64,000 nucleotides of DNA from Haliotis rufescens (GCF_023055435.1 NW_025964372.1:41602001-41666000); one strand, 5' to 3'. Positions 15,101 through 27,210 are shown, counted from the first letter of the stretch. Numbers and translations are program-made. Notes: generated by a model from the sequence alone, not told the origin.

Positions 15101-18100
15101 AAAAGGGCGACAGTGCTTGTCGTAAGAAGCGACTACCGGGATCGGGTGGTCAGGCTCGCTGACTTGGTTGATGCATGGCATCGTATCCCAATTGCGTGGA
15201 TCGATGCACATGATGTCAATCACTGGATTGTCTGGTCCAGACTCGATTATTTACAGACCGCCGTCATACAGCTGAAATATTGCTAAGTGTGGCGTTATAC
15301 AACTAACAAACAAACAAAACACAAAAAGAGAAAGTGTATGAGTACTAAAACTTGCAATAGATATGCGTACCCTACGTACACACATGAGTCCCATTCGACA
15401 GTCTACAACACACGAATAACTGTCAAACAAGTTTGGGTACCCCTTCTGTTCAGGCAAGTAATTTGGTTCGATAATTTTGTATTAAAATCCTTTTCAATTT
15501 GTTTTCATCCTTTTTCCCTATTCCATGCATGTTTATGTTGCTACATCTTATTGCTCATGTTTCCAAGTATTGTAAAACACTTTAATGTTTCTCCTTCTTA
15601 ATCTAACGTTATAACATTTCCGGTCATTGCCATCATCTAATACACAAGAGATGATACCAAGACATATTTTATTCGGTTTTGTGGTCTATGCGGTCTTACA
15701 ATTGATTTTATAAGTCTTTAAATCTTATGTCTAGTAAATATTTTCACAAACAGGGCTGTTAACTGATATAAGGAATGTGACATCCAGTTGAGGACTGAAT
15801 ACGACGTACGTTAGTCTGGTAACGACATTTCTACAATAATTTTTTGAATAAACCGTTAATACGCCAGTTGTGACAGGGATGATGGTATGGTAGATGTAGC
15901 AGACATATTGACAGCCGTTGTTACGCGAGTCACTAGGTTATTAGTACGCATTGGCCTTGTTGATTGGTACTATACTTTCTGTGGCCACTAACGGACGTAA
16001 TTCAAACTCCTTCCACACTGACATCGCACCAAATATATTTGTGTACCGATTACATAACTCTTACTGACAGGGTAGGGTGGTAGTTCACGCGAAACGGACG
16101 ACACTGTGTATATTGAGCGGCTCCTTAGATATCGCCTCACAACATACTTTAAATGAATGACCAATTAAACGATGATACACATCAGGATCGCGGAGAAAAT
16201 ACAAGCTTCGTTCGCGTTGAATATATATATATCAAGGCACAAATTCATCTTTCATAAACTTTTTGTGTCTTGGTGCTTAATATATCCACATATCAACGAA
16301 AATATGTAATACATGTATCCACAAAAATATACATGTACAGGCTAGGTATTTGCCCACAGCAACACCTGCATAACTGTTTATTCACGCGTGGTGTGGCAGA
16401 TTGTAATTGACCGACAACAAGTATTGTAGAATCACCTGTAAATAAGGCCGACACTGTAATTAGACACAACGTACTAATGAGAATATGAGAATTATCATAA
16501 GAAGGCTGTTACGTTTTTCTTAACTATTACCATTTTCAAACCAAAAGTGACAATGCAGTTAAAAGTTGCTTTAGTGTCACAATATTCACTCCCGTTTTCC
16601 TCAATCGCATTGAAACATAATTCCCACTGGTCAGTTCGAAACCGCATGTAATTAAATAATTATTTCGAGATTTCGTTAGAATGTAAGATATTCAGCCAAA
16701 CGTTATGCAATAAAAGACGAATAGTTTCTTTCCATTAAAATACGCGCACGCGTACCTGTCACGTAATTGCACATTGGGATGTATCAACGGGTCATAAAAT
16801 GGGAAATGAAATAGAAACTAACTAAAATTTAATGTTGTACACGCACATGAATTCGTATGATAAACTGCCAAAACGTTTTGAGAGATAAGGCCGGGTTCAT
16901 TAAAGATGTTGGGTGCGGTTAGGACCAAACTTTTTCAGCTCACAGTGTTAGTGGTCCTGGAACCCATAGTGTCAAACAGGTTCTGCACAATACGTCCATC
17001 AGATTCTACTGTTCACCAACATTGTCACTGAATTTCAGAACTCTGGCATGATAGAATAATCAAGGATTTCGAAGGCAAAACCTTTGCTCGCCCATGGGCG
17101 AAATATTTCAATAAATCTGTAAAATAGCTGAATTGAGTAAAATTGAGTTACATTATGTGCCATGAAAATAGTAAGAACACCTGCATGTATTTGCGAAACA
17201 AAAACATAAGTTTTAAGTAAAGGAAAATATTCTCGCCCATGGGCCAAACCTTTTTCTCGCCCATGGGCGAAATATTTCAATATCGCTATAAAATCGTTGA
17301 ATTAAGTTAAAATGAGTTAAATTTTGTGTCATGGTACTTGAATAAGTACATTAAATGTATTTGCGAAACAAAATCATGAGTTTTAAGTAAAGGAACATAT
17401 ACTCGCCCATGGGCCAAACCTTTTTCTCGCCCATGGGCGAAATATTTCAATATCGCTATAAAATCGTTGAATTAAGTTAAAATGAGTTAAATTTTGTGTC
17501 ATGGTACTTGAATAAGTACAATAAATGTATTTGCAAAACAAAAACATGAGTTTTAAGTAAAAGAACATATTCTCGCCCATGGGCCTACCCATGGGCCTAC
17601 CCATGGGCGAAATATTTCAATATCGCTATAAAATAGTTGAATTAAGTTAAAATGAGTTAAATTTTGTGTCATGATACTTCAATAAATACATTTAATGTAT
17701 TTGCGAAACAAAATCATGAGTTTTAAGTAAAGGAACACATTCTCGCCCATGGGCCAAACCTTTTTCTCGCCCATGGGCGAAATATTTCAATATCGCTACA
17801 AAATCGTTGAATTAAGTTAAAATGAGTTAAATTTTGTGTCATGATACTTGAATGAATACATTAAATGTATTTGCGAAACAAAATCATGAGTTTTAAGTAA
17901 AGGAACATATTCTCGCCCATGGGCCTGCCCATGGGCCTACCCATGGGCCAGACTTCGCCCATGGGCAGGCCCATGGGCAACACTTCGCCCATGGGCAGGC
18001 CCATGGGCGACATAGTCTAAATATTGAGTTTTTAAACAATTTTTTTTTCATTTTTTCTTCCTTGGTATGTTCCCATGAAAACGGCATGTTTAATTTTGTA

Positions 18101-21100
18101 AATACCTTTAACCGAGACTGGGCAAAGAGCGTAGAGTTTCTGGACTTTTGGGTTTCCAGAATTAAAATGGGACGTGTTAGATTAATACAGCAACTTTTGG
18201 CGGTTTCTTCTTTTTGCACCAGTATTTGTTGACTATCAATTAATATATACTAGTGCTAATTATCAACTCATTGCCATGCATCTCGATTCTGCAATGATAA
18301 CACTACTCACCTGCAATGGGCAATGTGCACACAATCTAGTACATCATCAGTTCAAATGTCAGTCATTGCTAACAGCCGAGATATTCTCTTCATGATGGAT
18401 ATGTGATGTGCAGCGGATCCTGCTTTGATTTGAAACTACAAGCGTTCCTTTTGAAGCGAAAGCATTGGGCGATTAAACAGTATAATAAACATTCTAATAA
18501 ATGAACTCTTACCTGTCCAGATCATGGACACATACCTGCACCTCCTGGAGAGAGAGTGGTGTTCCCGTGTCAGCTTCCACTGTCTGGTGCTGCCTACAGA
18601 GACAATCCTACTGTGGGAGGCAGGACAGTACACAGACAGGATAAGGGGGAAAGATGTGAGTGATGTGAGATTTTTATATTTCTTATGATTCTGTCATTCC
18701 GAGTGTATCTTTGCATGTCCACCCTACCAAGAACAAGGTCAAGACTCGAAAGATATTTTGTAGTAGTTGTATATTTTTTGTGATAACATATGATTCGTCT
18801 ATGCCATGATTGCGTATTCAGTATGATAGTAATTGCCACTTGCAATTGTGCACATGATGGATTCATGTACTGCAATGTGTTTCGATTGAGTCAAAGCCAG
18901 TAACCCCATTGATCATAATGCTATTCGTTTTCAATATGCAGTTACAAAAGCAGATATTGCACATGAACATATTCATCTTGCTACATATTATCGTACGAAG
19001 TGAAAATCTGGTTGTCAGAGAGAGTTCTTTAGAAGTTCTCAGTACCAAGTCCATAATACCAATTCACTTATATCTCTGTTACTACACCATATCCATCTTA
19101 TGTGAAGCACGTGTTTTTGGATATATTGATCGTACACTGGAAAGGCATTTGCTGTGAACTTTCAGGAAACTTTGACAAACTACACGTGGATCTTAATGCC
19201 AGTGAACATGCCACGTAATCAACATTGGGTGCTACTGGTGGCTAATGTCAGGGATGGAACAGTGGGCGTGGTTAGTTCTAAACCCTCCTTAGATGTGGAG
19301 GACAAAGTTGTAGAACACTGGAGGTAGGTGGACAGAACAGTGGGCGTGGTCAATTCCTAACCCGCCTTAGATGTGGAAGACCTATTTTTAAACAACACTA
19401 GAGGTAGATACAAAAAAACACACCAAAAAACAGGACGTGTGGCTGCACATTATAAATGTTAAAACCAAGCTTTCCAATTTGAAATGTTGAAATGGTGATT
19501 TGTCAAAAACAAACATGAATGTAAATAAGATCCATCGATAAATTCTTGATACACTCACATTTGTAGCTTTTACTTTTGGGTAGAAGATATAGAACAACTT
19601 GTTCACAGGGTTACTCAGTTCCCCAAATGGGTACACTGTGGGAATTACTTAAACGCCATAAATACAGTTATGTCACTCATTCATTTAAACAATAACATCT
19701 GTATTTGCTAACATTAAACCTAATGATGGACAAAGCAGGAGAAAACATCAGAAATGCCATATAACTTGAAGCAGATATTAAAGGCACTACTGTATTTACC
19801 TTCTGCTTTACCTTTACTTTAACACCAGTCCACATGAGTCTAGGATGTTATCGCCATCGAGTAATAAACATGTATTCCTCAGGCTCTTTGTAAACCACTT
19901 GAAATCTACGTCTAAGGAAGGGAGCAAGTCATGGATGAAGAAACAGTACCCAGTGATAGAACAGTCTGATGGACACAGCTGTGGGATATTCGTTCTGATG
20001 GTAGGTTGGTTTGAAGCTATGTGTTTGATATGAAAGGCACATGTGTCTCAATAACCACGTATGAAAGATACCTTTTCATTTCTAACCTTCATATTCTCAG
20101 GCTGCTGATGCAATTTTGTCGGAGAAGTCCCCAGGCATCATGAGGAACTGTCACGTTGAGAAATACAGGCTGTATGTGCTTCAGAGGATACTACAGTATG
20201 CCAAGGACAAGGGAGATATGCAAGGTGGGGGAAATCACATGACGGCAGTTGATGGACAGGGTAATGTCCCAAACGAAATTCAAACTGTAACGCTGGAGAC
20301 AAGAGATGTACTGGAAAATAGCTGTACAATGACAACAGAACAAGGAGGTCCAACTATTCATGAAGAGGATGGACATGAAACACATGAAGGAACCGACTGT
20401 GCTGTCGCCAGTGATGAAAGTATGCATTCTGGAGATCATTACTATGTTACGTAATTGTAAGGCGTTACGCAAGGTATTATATTTTATATCCACATGTGCA
20501 ATGTCGACACTGCTTTCTTACAAACGTTATTTATTTTCACAGATACAGAGAACTATCCATGTTTGGATCAGCACCTGTTGCATAAGCAGGAGATGGCGTG
20601 CTTGTTAGTGGTTGCTTTGGCGGAGAATAACCTGGAGGAGAGGATGCTATGGGCAGGGTCTGACACAGGGACTCGCGTGGAAAGAGAAAACTACAAAAAA
20701 TATATTGTTTGGGCACTCAAGGTTTTTGACATCAATGAAGAAGAATACACTGAAAATGTGATGAAACCTATTTTATCCCAATTGGCGGGATGCTGTCTCC
20801 ATCATGAAGCAGGCTCATATAGAATAAGAAATCATGAAGTAGCAATAAAGCTAAGAGAAATACTGCTCAGTGATGTGAGACAGTTGGTTGAAAGGATGGA
20901 TATGGAGTTCATATTTCGTTATGTGACATCTAGCGGTGATCCAACCGAAGCGGAACTACTAGATGTGCCTTTTAAAATCGAATTGAAACATGATGATCTG
21001 CATATTATAGCGAAGCGGTGTGTTGCAGCTGTACATGGCAGAAAGTTTGCCTTTGTGTGCATGCATTCCCTATTCCAGGTAGAGACATTTGTTGATATGG

Positions 21101-24100
21101 TTTGGGAGAATCTCTTGCATAATCTGAACAAGGACAGATCTGAACTGTTGAAAGTATTGTCAAAAAATGACATTGTATATGGATATTCCTTTCTGTTTTG
21201 GGCGAGCGTCACAGACAACTCGAATTTACTGAGGAAAGCATTGAACAGTGTTCAGTTTACGGTAAAGAACAGACAGGAAGCTTTGTTTGGAAGTTGCTTT
21301 GGGAGTAGTTTGGCCAACTTCGAGTACTTGTGTTCCAAAAATAACTGGAAGTTGGATACGTTGTGTATGACGCTACCCGAACTCCCAAGACCTCTTATCA
21401 TCAAACTGCAGTTGGCAGTTGTAGATGATCTGAGAGTAAAGTTTGGTAAATGTTCACTTTTGGACATTGCCTGTATGGGTGGGTTGTCTTTGGTGGCTTC
21501 CAGACTGACACATTTGATGAAGACGAGCAAGACCAAGAACAGTTCAAGAAAAAATACATATGTACATTATGCAGCCATGTGTCAACAGGGCAAAGATATC
21601 ATGGATATAGTTATAAAGAAGGGACAACGTAGCATCAATAACATAGGTCCTGAAGGATCAACACCTTTACATTACGCATGTGCAGTTGGAAATGTTAGCA
21701 TTGTAAGCTATCTGTTACAGGAACGAGTGGACATTGGTGAGCAAAACGAGAATGGTAAAACTGGACTTCATTTGGCATGTATATATGGAAACGCAGAAGT
21801 TGTTAAAATGTTGTTACAGAACAAGGGAATAATTCATGTGACAGATAATGATGGCGGCACACCTCTACATCATGCAGCCTGGCAAGGACATAGGGAGGTT
21901 GTGGAGGTGTTATTACAGAACAAGGCCAATGTGGATGAGGGAGATAAGAAAGGCCGCACACCTCTACATGATGCAGCCTCCCAGGGACATAGGGAGGTTG
22001 TGGGGGTGTTATTGCAGAACAAGGCAAGTGTGGATGAGAAACATCAAGATGGCAGCACACCTCTACATCTTGCAGCCTACCAGGGACACAGGAAGGTTGT
22101 GGAGGTGTTATTACAGAAGAAGGCAAATGTGGATGAGAAAGATAAGGAAGGCTGCACACCTCTACATGATGCAGCCTACCAGGGACATAGGGAGGTTGTG
22201 GAGGTGTTATTACAGAAGAAGGCCAATGTGGATGAGAAAGATAAGGAAGGTTGCACACCTCTACATGATGCAGCCTTCCTGGGACATAAGGAGGTTGTGG
22301 AGCTGTTATTACAGAACAAGGCCAATGTGGATGAGAAAGATAAGGAAGGCCGCACACCTCTAAATCGTGCAGCCTGGCAGGGACATAGGGAGGTTGTGGA
22401 GGTGTTATTACAGAACAAGGCAAATGTGGATGAGAAACGTCAAGATGGCAGCACAACTCTACATCTTGCAGCCTCCCAGGGACATCGGATGGTTGTGGAG
22501 GTGTTATTACAGAACAAGGCAAATGTGGATGAGAAAGATAAGGAAGGTTGCACACCTCTACATCTTGCAGCCTACCAGGGACATAGGGAGGTTGTGGAGG
22601 TGTTATTACAGAACAAGGCAAATGTGCATGAGAAAGATAAGGAAGGCCGCACACCTCTACATCTTGCAGCTGACCAGGGACATAGGGAGGTTATGGAGGT
22701 GTTATTACGGAACAAGGCAAATGTGGATGAGAAACGTCAAGATGGCAGCACAACTCTACATCTTGCAGCTGACCAGGGACAACGGGAGGTTGTGGAGGTG
22801 TTATTACAGAACAAGGCAAATGTGCATGAGAAACGTCAAGATGGCAGCACACCTCTACATCTTGCAGCTTACCAGGGACACAGGGAGGTTGTGGAGGTGT
22901 TATTACAGAACAAGGCAAATGTGCATGAGAAACGTCAAGATGGCAGCACACCTCTACATCTTGCAGCCTACCAGGGACATAGGGAGGGTGTGTCGGTGTT
23001 ATTACAGATCAAGGCCAAGTGGATGAGAAAGATGATGAAGGATGCACACCTCTACATCGTGCAGCTGACCAGGGACACAGGGAGGTTGTGGAGGTGTTAT
23101 TTCAGAACAAGGCAAATGTGCATGAGCAACGTCAAGATGGCAGCACTCTACTACATCTTGCAGCCTACCAGGGACATAGGGAGGGTGTGGAGGTATAGAA
23201 CAAGGCAAATGTTGATGAGAAAGATAAGGAAGGCCGCACACCTCTAAATCGTGCAGCCTGGCAGGGACATCGGGTGGTTGTGGGGGTGTTGTTACAGAAC
23301 AAGGCAATTGTGGATGAAAAACGTCAAGATGGCAGCACACCTCTACATCGTGCAGCCGACCAGGGACATAGGGAGGTTGTGGAGGTGTTATTACAGAACA
23401 AGGCAAATGTGGATGAGAAAGATAAGGAAGGCGGCACACCTCTACATCATGCAGCCTGGCAGGGACATAGGGAGGTTGTGGGGGTGTTATTGAAGAACAA
23501 TGCAAATGTGGATGAGAAAGATAAGGAAGGCCGCACACCTCTACATGATGTAGCCAACCAGGGACATAGGGAGGTTCTGGAGGTGATATTACAGAACAAG
23601 GCAAATGTGGATGAGAAACGTCAAGATGGCAGCACACCTCTACATGATGCAGCCTGGTAGGGACATGGGGAGGTTGTGGAGGTGTTATTACAGAACAATG
23701 CAAATGTGGATGAGAAACGTCAAGATGGCAGCACACCTCTACATCGTGAAGCCCACCAGGGACATCGGGTGATTGAGGAGGTGTTATTACAGAACAAGGC
23801 AAATATGGATGAGAAACGTATGATGGCAGCACACCTCTACATGATGCAGCCAACCAGGGACATCGGGTGGTTGTGGAGGTGTTATTTCAGAACATGGCAA
23901 ATGTGAATGAGAAAGATAAGGAAGGCAGCACACCTCTACATGATGCAGCCCACGAGGGAAATAGGGAGGTTGTGGAGGTGTTATTACAGAACAATGCAAA
24001 TGTGGATGAGAAAGATAAGGAAGGCTGCACACCTCTACATGATGCAGCCAACCAGGGACATCGGGTGGTTGTGGAGGTGTTATTTCAGAACATGGCAAAT

Positions 24101-25892
24101 GTGAATGAGAAAGATAAGGAAGGCAGCACACCTCTACATGATGCAGCCCACGAGGGAAATAGGGAGGTTGTGGAGGTGTTATTACAGAACAATGCAAATG
24201 TGAATGAGAAAGATAAGGAAGGCTGCACACCTTTACATCTTGCAGCCTGGCAGGGACATAGGAAGGTTGTGGAGGTACACAGAACAAGGCAAATGTTTAT
24301 GAGAAAGACGATAAAGAAGAAACTGCTTTACAAAAAGCAGAGGCACAACATCACGATGATATTGCAAGGATTATAACTGAGGCAACAAATATACATGACC
24401 TGACAACCAACCATGGTACAATTATAGATAGGTAAGAGCAATTTGGAAATGATGCTTGAGTTGACAGCCCAAACACATATATTGTGTACGCTGTTTTGCA
24501 GAACAGTTTTGAAACCTCACGAAACCATATGAGACCTCGAAGAGGACAGTACCATCAGACATAAATCAAATATCTATTTCAGCTAAAAAATAATATGGAC
24601 AGTGCATTTCTACAAGGCCCCAGAAACAACATACTAAAAGTCCCAAATCAATCAATCAAATATGTCATGAGAGACCAACAGTGTATTGATATTCCATGTC
24701 TGTCCATGTCTTGGAGGTCATCTTGGATTTTTGGGCCAGTCAGTTAGTGTGACAAGTTTTATGCATATAAGTCCCAGCACACTGTTTCAGAGATAAAAGC
24801 TTCCACAGCCTAACCTCATATTTAGGAAATGTGTCGGCCATCTTGATGTTTTGTAGATTTGTCAATAGTCGAAAACGATCAATAGTTGTGAATATCTTTT
24901 TAGAAACGTAATATGGCTATTTTGCAACACAACACATGCTGTTTTTCATCAAATCATTGAACCTCATCTGAAATAAGGAAAATACTATTGACAGTCGGTT
25001 GCCATATTGGATTATGTAAATTAGACATATTTCCCAAACTTGGATTGCTTGGGACTTTAAGTATGTTGTTTAAGGGACCTTGTAGAAATGCATTGTGGTG
25101 AAATGAACTCTATCGCTATTTGTTTCAAGTGAAACCTTATTTTCTATGGGCTACATATGTCAATGGGGACTTTGCAAAAACACTGAAATTATGTTAACCA
25201 ATATTTGAACTTAATTAGGCTTCACTGTGTATAATATTGAATGATTCAGTGGTTTACGTTTATGAGTATGTGGGGCTTTCATTTAGTTTGGAGTCTTTTT
25301 CATTAGATACGAATTCGAAAGCGCTGGAGTCTTTTACATCTTGATTTTGTATTATATGTCACAATAGCATCACTATTTTGATAAAGTCCTATTTTCTCTG
25401 AAATGTTGTGTCAAGTGCATGTGGTATTGTTTCAGGGTGACAACCGATGGCCAGTTTCTTATGAAATCATCGTCAGTTCCACACGGAAGCTATAACAATG
25501 GCGGTTGGCTTACATCCACACCACCAACATCAACGTGCCCCGTGAACCACGCATCAATAGAATTGCCAGGGGTTTATGTTCCGAGTCAACTGGGACAAGC
25601 AGTTTCCACAGACAGACAAAGTGTTATTGAAGAGATCGCTTTGCAGTCATCCCAACCATATCATATAGACGGAAATCTTAACAACCTCCATACAGATCCT
25701 GCACGCATGGAGATACGTTCACCCAATCAAAGATCAGAAGCTATATATGGAAACTCAAGTCATGTTCCCACCTGTGTCCATGCTCCAGTAGTTGGTGACA
25801 CAGTGCCTAGTTCAGATACCACTAGTAATTCTGAGAATGTCATCATTCACTACACTGAGTCTGGGGAAAAGATAGAGCTGCAGCAGCTCTAA
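7963..25892 (+). CDS. Multi-exon chimeric gene: CG-1-like domain + Ulp1/C48-like protease + STAND-like helical region + ankyrin array (3' array disrupted; possibly a pseudogene)
   Basis: Phase-consistent GT-AG exons: 7963(or 7981)-8161, 8923-9992, 18521-18655, 19166-19323, 19883-20000, 20101-20419 (alternative donor 20260), 20543-24431, 25436-25892. Domain motifs run continuously across the junctions (MRE|DIWKDD; WLTDE|IMDTYL; KD|ETL; W|RLF; VLM|AAD; ID|RVT). Confidence 0.7.
9940..20200 (+). CDS. Ulp1/SENP (peptidase C48)-like domain split over five exons
   Basis: LETNEWLTDE|IMDTYLHLL..; WILMPVNMPRNQHWVLLVA (catalytic His); EQSDGHSCGIFVLM (oxyanion Gln, catalytic Cys); YRLYVLQRI helix. Confidence 0.85.
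10564..11228 (+). repeat. 170-bp subterminal tandem repeat, about 4 copies (left TIR)
   Basis: GGCCCATGGGCGAGAATATG at 10564, 10734, 10904 and 11074. Confidence 0.9.
11390..16907. repeat. Second, internal ~1-kb inverted repeat pair (11390-12383 / 15906-16907)
   Basis: ATCTTTAATGAACCCGGCC... is the reverse complement of ...GGCCGGGTTCATTAAAGAT; similarity continues inward to ACTGTCAATA / TATTGACAG. Confidence 0.9.
15064..15320 (+). mobile_element. SINE (family A) nested in the foldback spacer
   Basis: Shares its body with 40997-41215 and has an (AAAC)n tail. Confidence 0.8.
17085..17925 (-). repeat. 170-bp subterminal tandem repeat, about 5 copies (right TIR)
   Basis: Reverse complement of the 10564-11228 unit, with GCCCATGGGC palindromes. 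Confidence 0.9.
20543..24431 (+). CDS. Large exon: STAND-like helical region followed by ankyrin repeats
   Basis: ORF 20494-23247 and continuation ORFs carry GxTPLHxAAxQGHREVVEVLLQNKANVDEK repeats. Lesions: -1 at ~23019, TAG 23196, TAG 23658, -1 at ~23820, -4 at ~24277. C-cap EETALQKAEAQHHDDIARII. Confidence 0.9.
21850..24300 (+). repeat. 99-bp coding tandem repeat (about 25 ankyrin units)
   Basis: ACACCTCTACAT...GCAGCC...GGGACATAGGGAGGTTGTGGAGGTGTTATTACAGAACAAGGCAAATGTGGATGAGAAA recurs every 99 bp. Confidence 0.95.
24599..25097. mobile_element. MITE-like element in the last intron
   Basis: About 48-bp imperfect TIRs: ACAGTGCATTTCTACAAGG..AAGTCCCAA / TTGGGACTT..CCTTGTAGAAATGCATTGT. Confidence 0.65.
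25436..25892 (+). CDS. Terminal exon (S/T/P-rich tail) of the ankyrin gene
   Basis: The ttcAG|G phase-2 acceptor matches donor GATAG|gtaaga at 24431; open to TAA at 25892. Confidence 0.7.
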
Positions 25893-26879
25893 AAGTGGTC
25901 TAGAAAGGAGTTATCATTGTTAGTATGGTGTCCAGTGATACAGTATACATATACAGTTTTACAACCTCCTTTAGGAGTCAGTCGTCCGAATTTGGTTTGC
26001 AGAAAAAAACGAGTTATTTGTCACTTGTGTCGATGTAGCATTGATGTTTCGGTAAGCATATCAATTCCATAAAAGCAAACATTTTACTCTACAAATGCTA
26101 GGACCATAGCTAACTTCATGACGAAAAAATCCTTTATATTGCTTAGAGAATTACATAATAGATTCTTTCAAATGTTCCTAACTGGACATATGCGTATTTC
26201 AGTGTGAACCGAACTTTCCTTAGGCATTGTGTTAAGTTGAATCGAGTGAGTGTGTGAGTTGGATTTAACGCTGCTTTTAACAGTTTTCAAGTTATATCAC
26301 GGCGTGACAGCTTAATGTGGGAGGAAAGCCCGAAGTGATGGAGGTCTCAGACGTTTACCATTTCGGTGATTTGTGTCAATGTAGTTTTAACGTTTCTGTT
26401 CCCATCTCGATTCCATAAAAAACGCATTGTACGTTACAAAATCTAGGAACATGGCTAACTTTCATGTTTAGAAGATTACATAACAGTTTCTTTCAAATGT
26501 TTATAACTGAACATATGCAGATTTCAGTGTGTTCCAAACTTTCTTAAAGCAAAGTATTTTGTTGAAATTAGTGGGAGTGAGTTCAGATTGACGTACACAA
26601 TGAATGTTTGCAGCTACATGTCGCTGTGTAAAATATGTACTTGCAGGAACACGTGGGTGTCTTTCTATCATAGTCGGTATTGTCACTTTGATTTGTTTCT
26701 GCACCATTTCCAGTGTCAGAGTTGTGAAGTCTCACTCCCAAAACGAAGCCATAAAACCTGTTGCAATATAGACTTTAAAGTACGTTCACGGGGACCTCAT
26801 ATTCAGGAACATAATGACTGTTTTTGTAAAACGATTCGTCGTGAAGCATCACTTTAGATTAGACTGTAGCTAAATATGG

Positions 26880-27210
26880 TGTACACAGTTTTATTTATAT
26901 TCAATGTATTATCCTTCTTTCAAATATCTTATAAACACAAACTGCAAGTCTGAGAAGAATGTGGCTATTTTTGCTGTTCATTAACTGTACAAATTTTCTT
27001 CGTGATGGATACGTATAATAATAGTTAGGCAGGTATTTGATTCTTATATCCTCATATACTGGAAATATCAATAAAACATGGTATTCATTTTCTTGGTTAT
27101 ATTTGCAGAAAGGACACATCGATGTTAAAACATCATTATCTTTGGAGTGTCTGTATAATTGTATATTGAGGGTATGTATACCACACCTGAACTTCGTTAA
27201 GCATCTGCGT
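26880..27210 (-). mobile_element. LINE ORF2 3' fragment (CR1/L2-group C-terminal zinc finger)
   Basis: CPFCKYNQENEYHVLLIFPVYEDIRIKYL; copy at about 48730-49075. Confidence 0.75.

Larger units (their letters stand above)
10365..18178. mobile_element. 7.8-kb non-autonomous foldback/TIR DNA element in intron 2
   Basis: Termini AACACGTCCCATTTTAATTCTGG...CCAGAATTAAAATGGGACGTGTT, flanked by AGAT on both sides (a TA TSD reading is also possible). Long TIRs at 10365-11228 and about 17085-18178; no transposase ORF. Confidence 0.9.

Noticed and set aside
21803-24287. Long alternative-frame and antisense ORFs (e.g. 21803-22654, 22367-23026, 23002-23853)
   Set aside because: Shadows of the 99-bp ankyrin repeat; stop-free only because the unit repeats.
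21850-24300. CRISPR-like or DGR-like interpretation of the repeat array
   Set aside because: Units are contiguous coding repeats with no unique spacers. There is no cas gene or reverse transcriptase, variation is not adenine-specific, and the context is eukaryotic.
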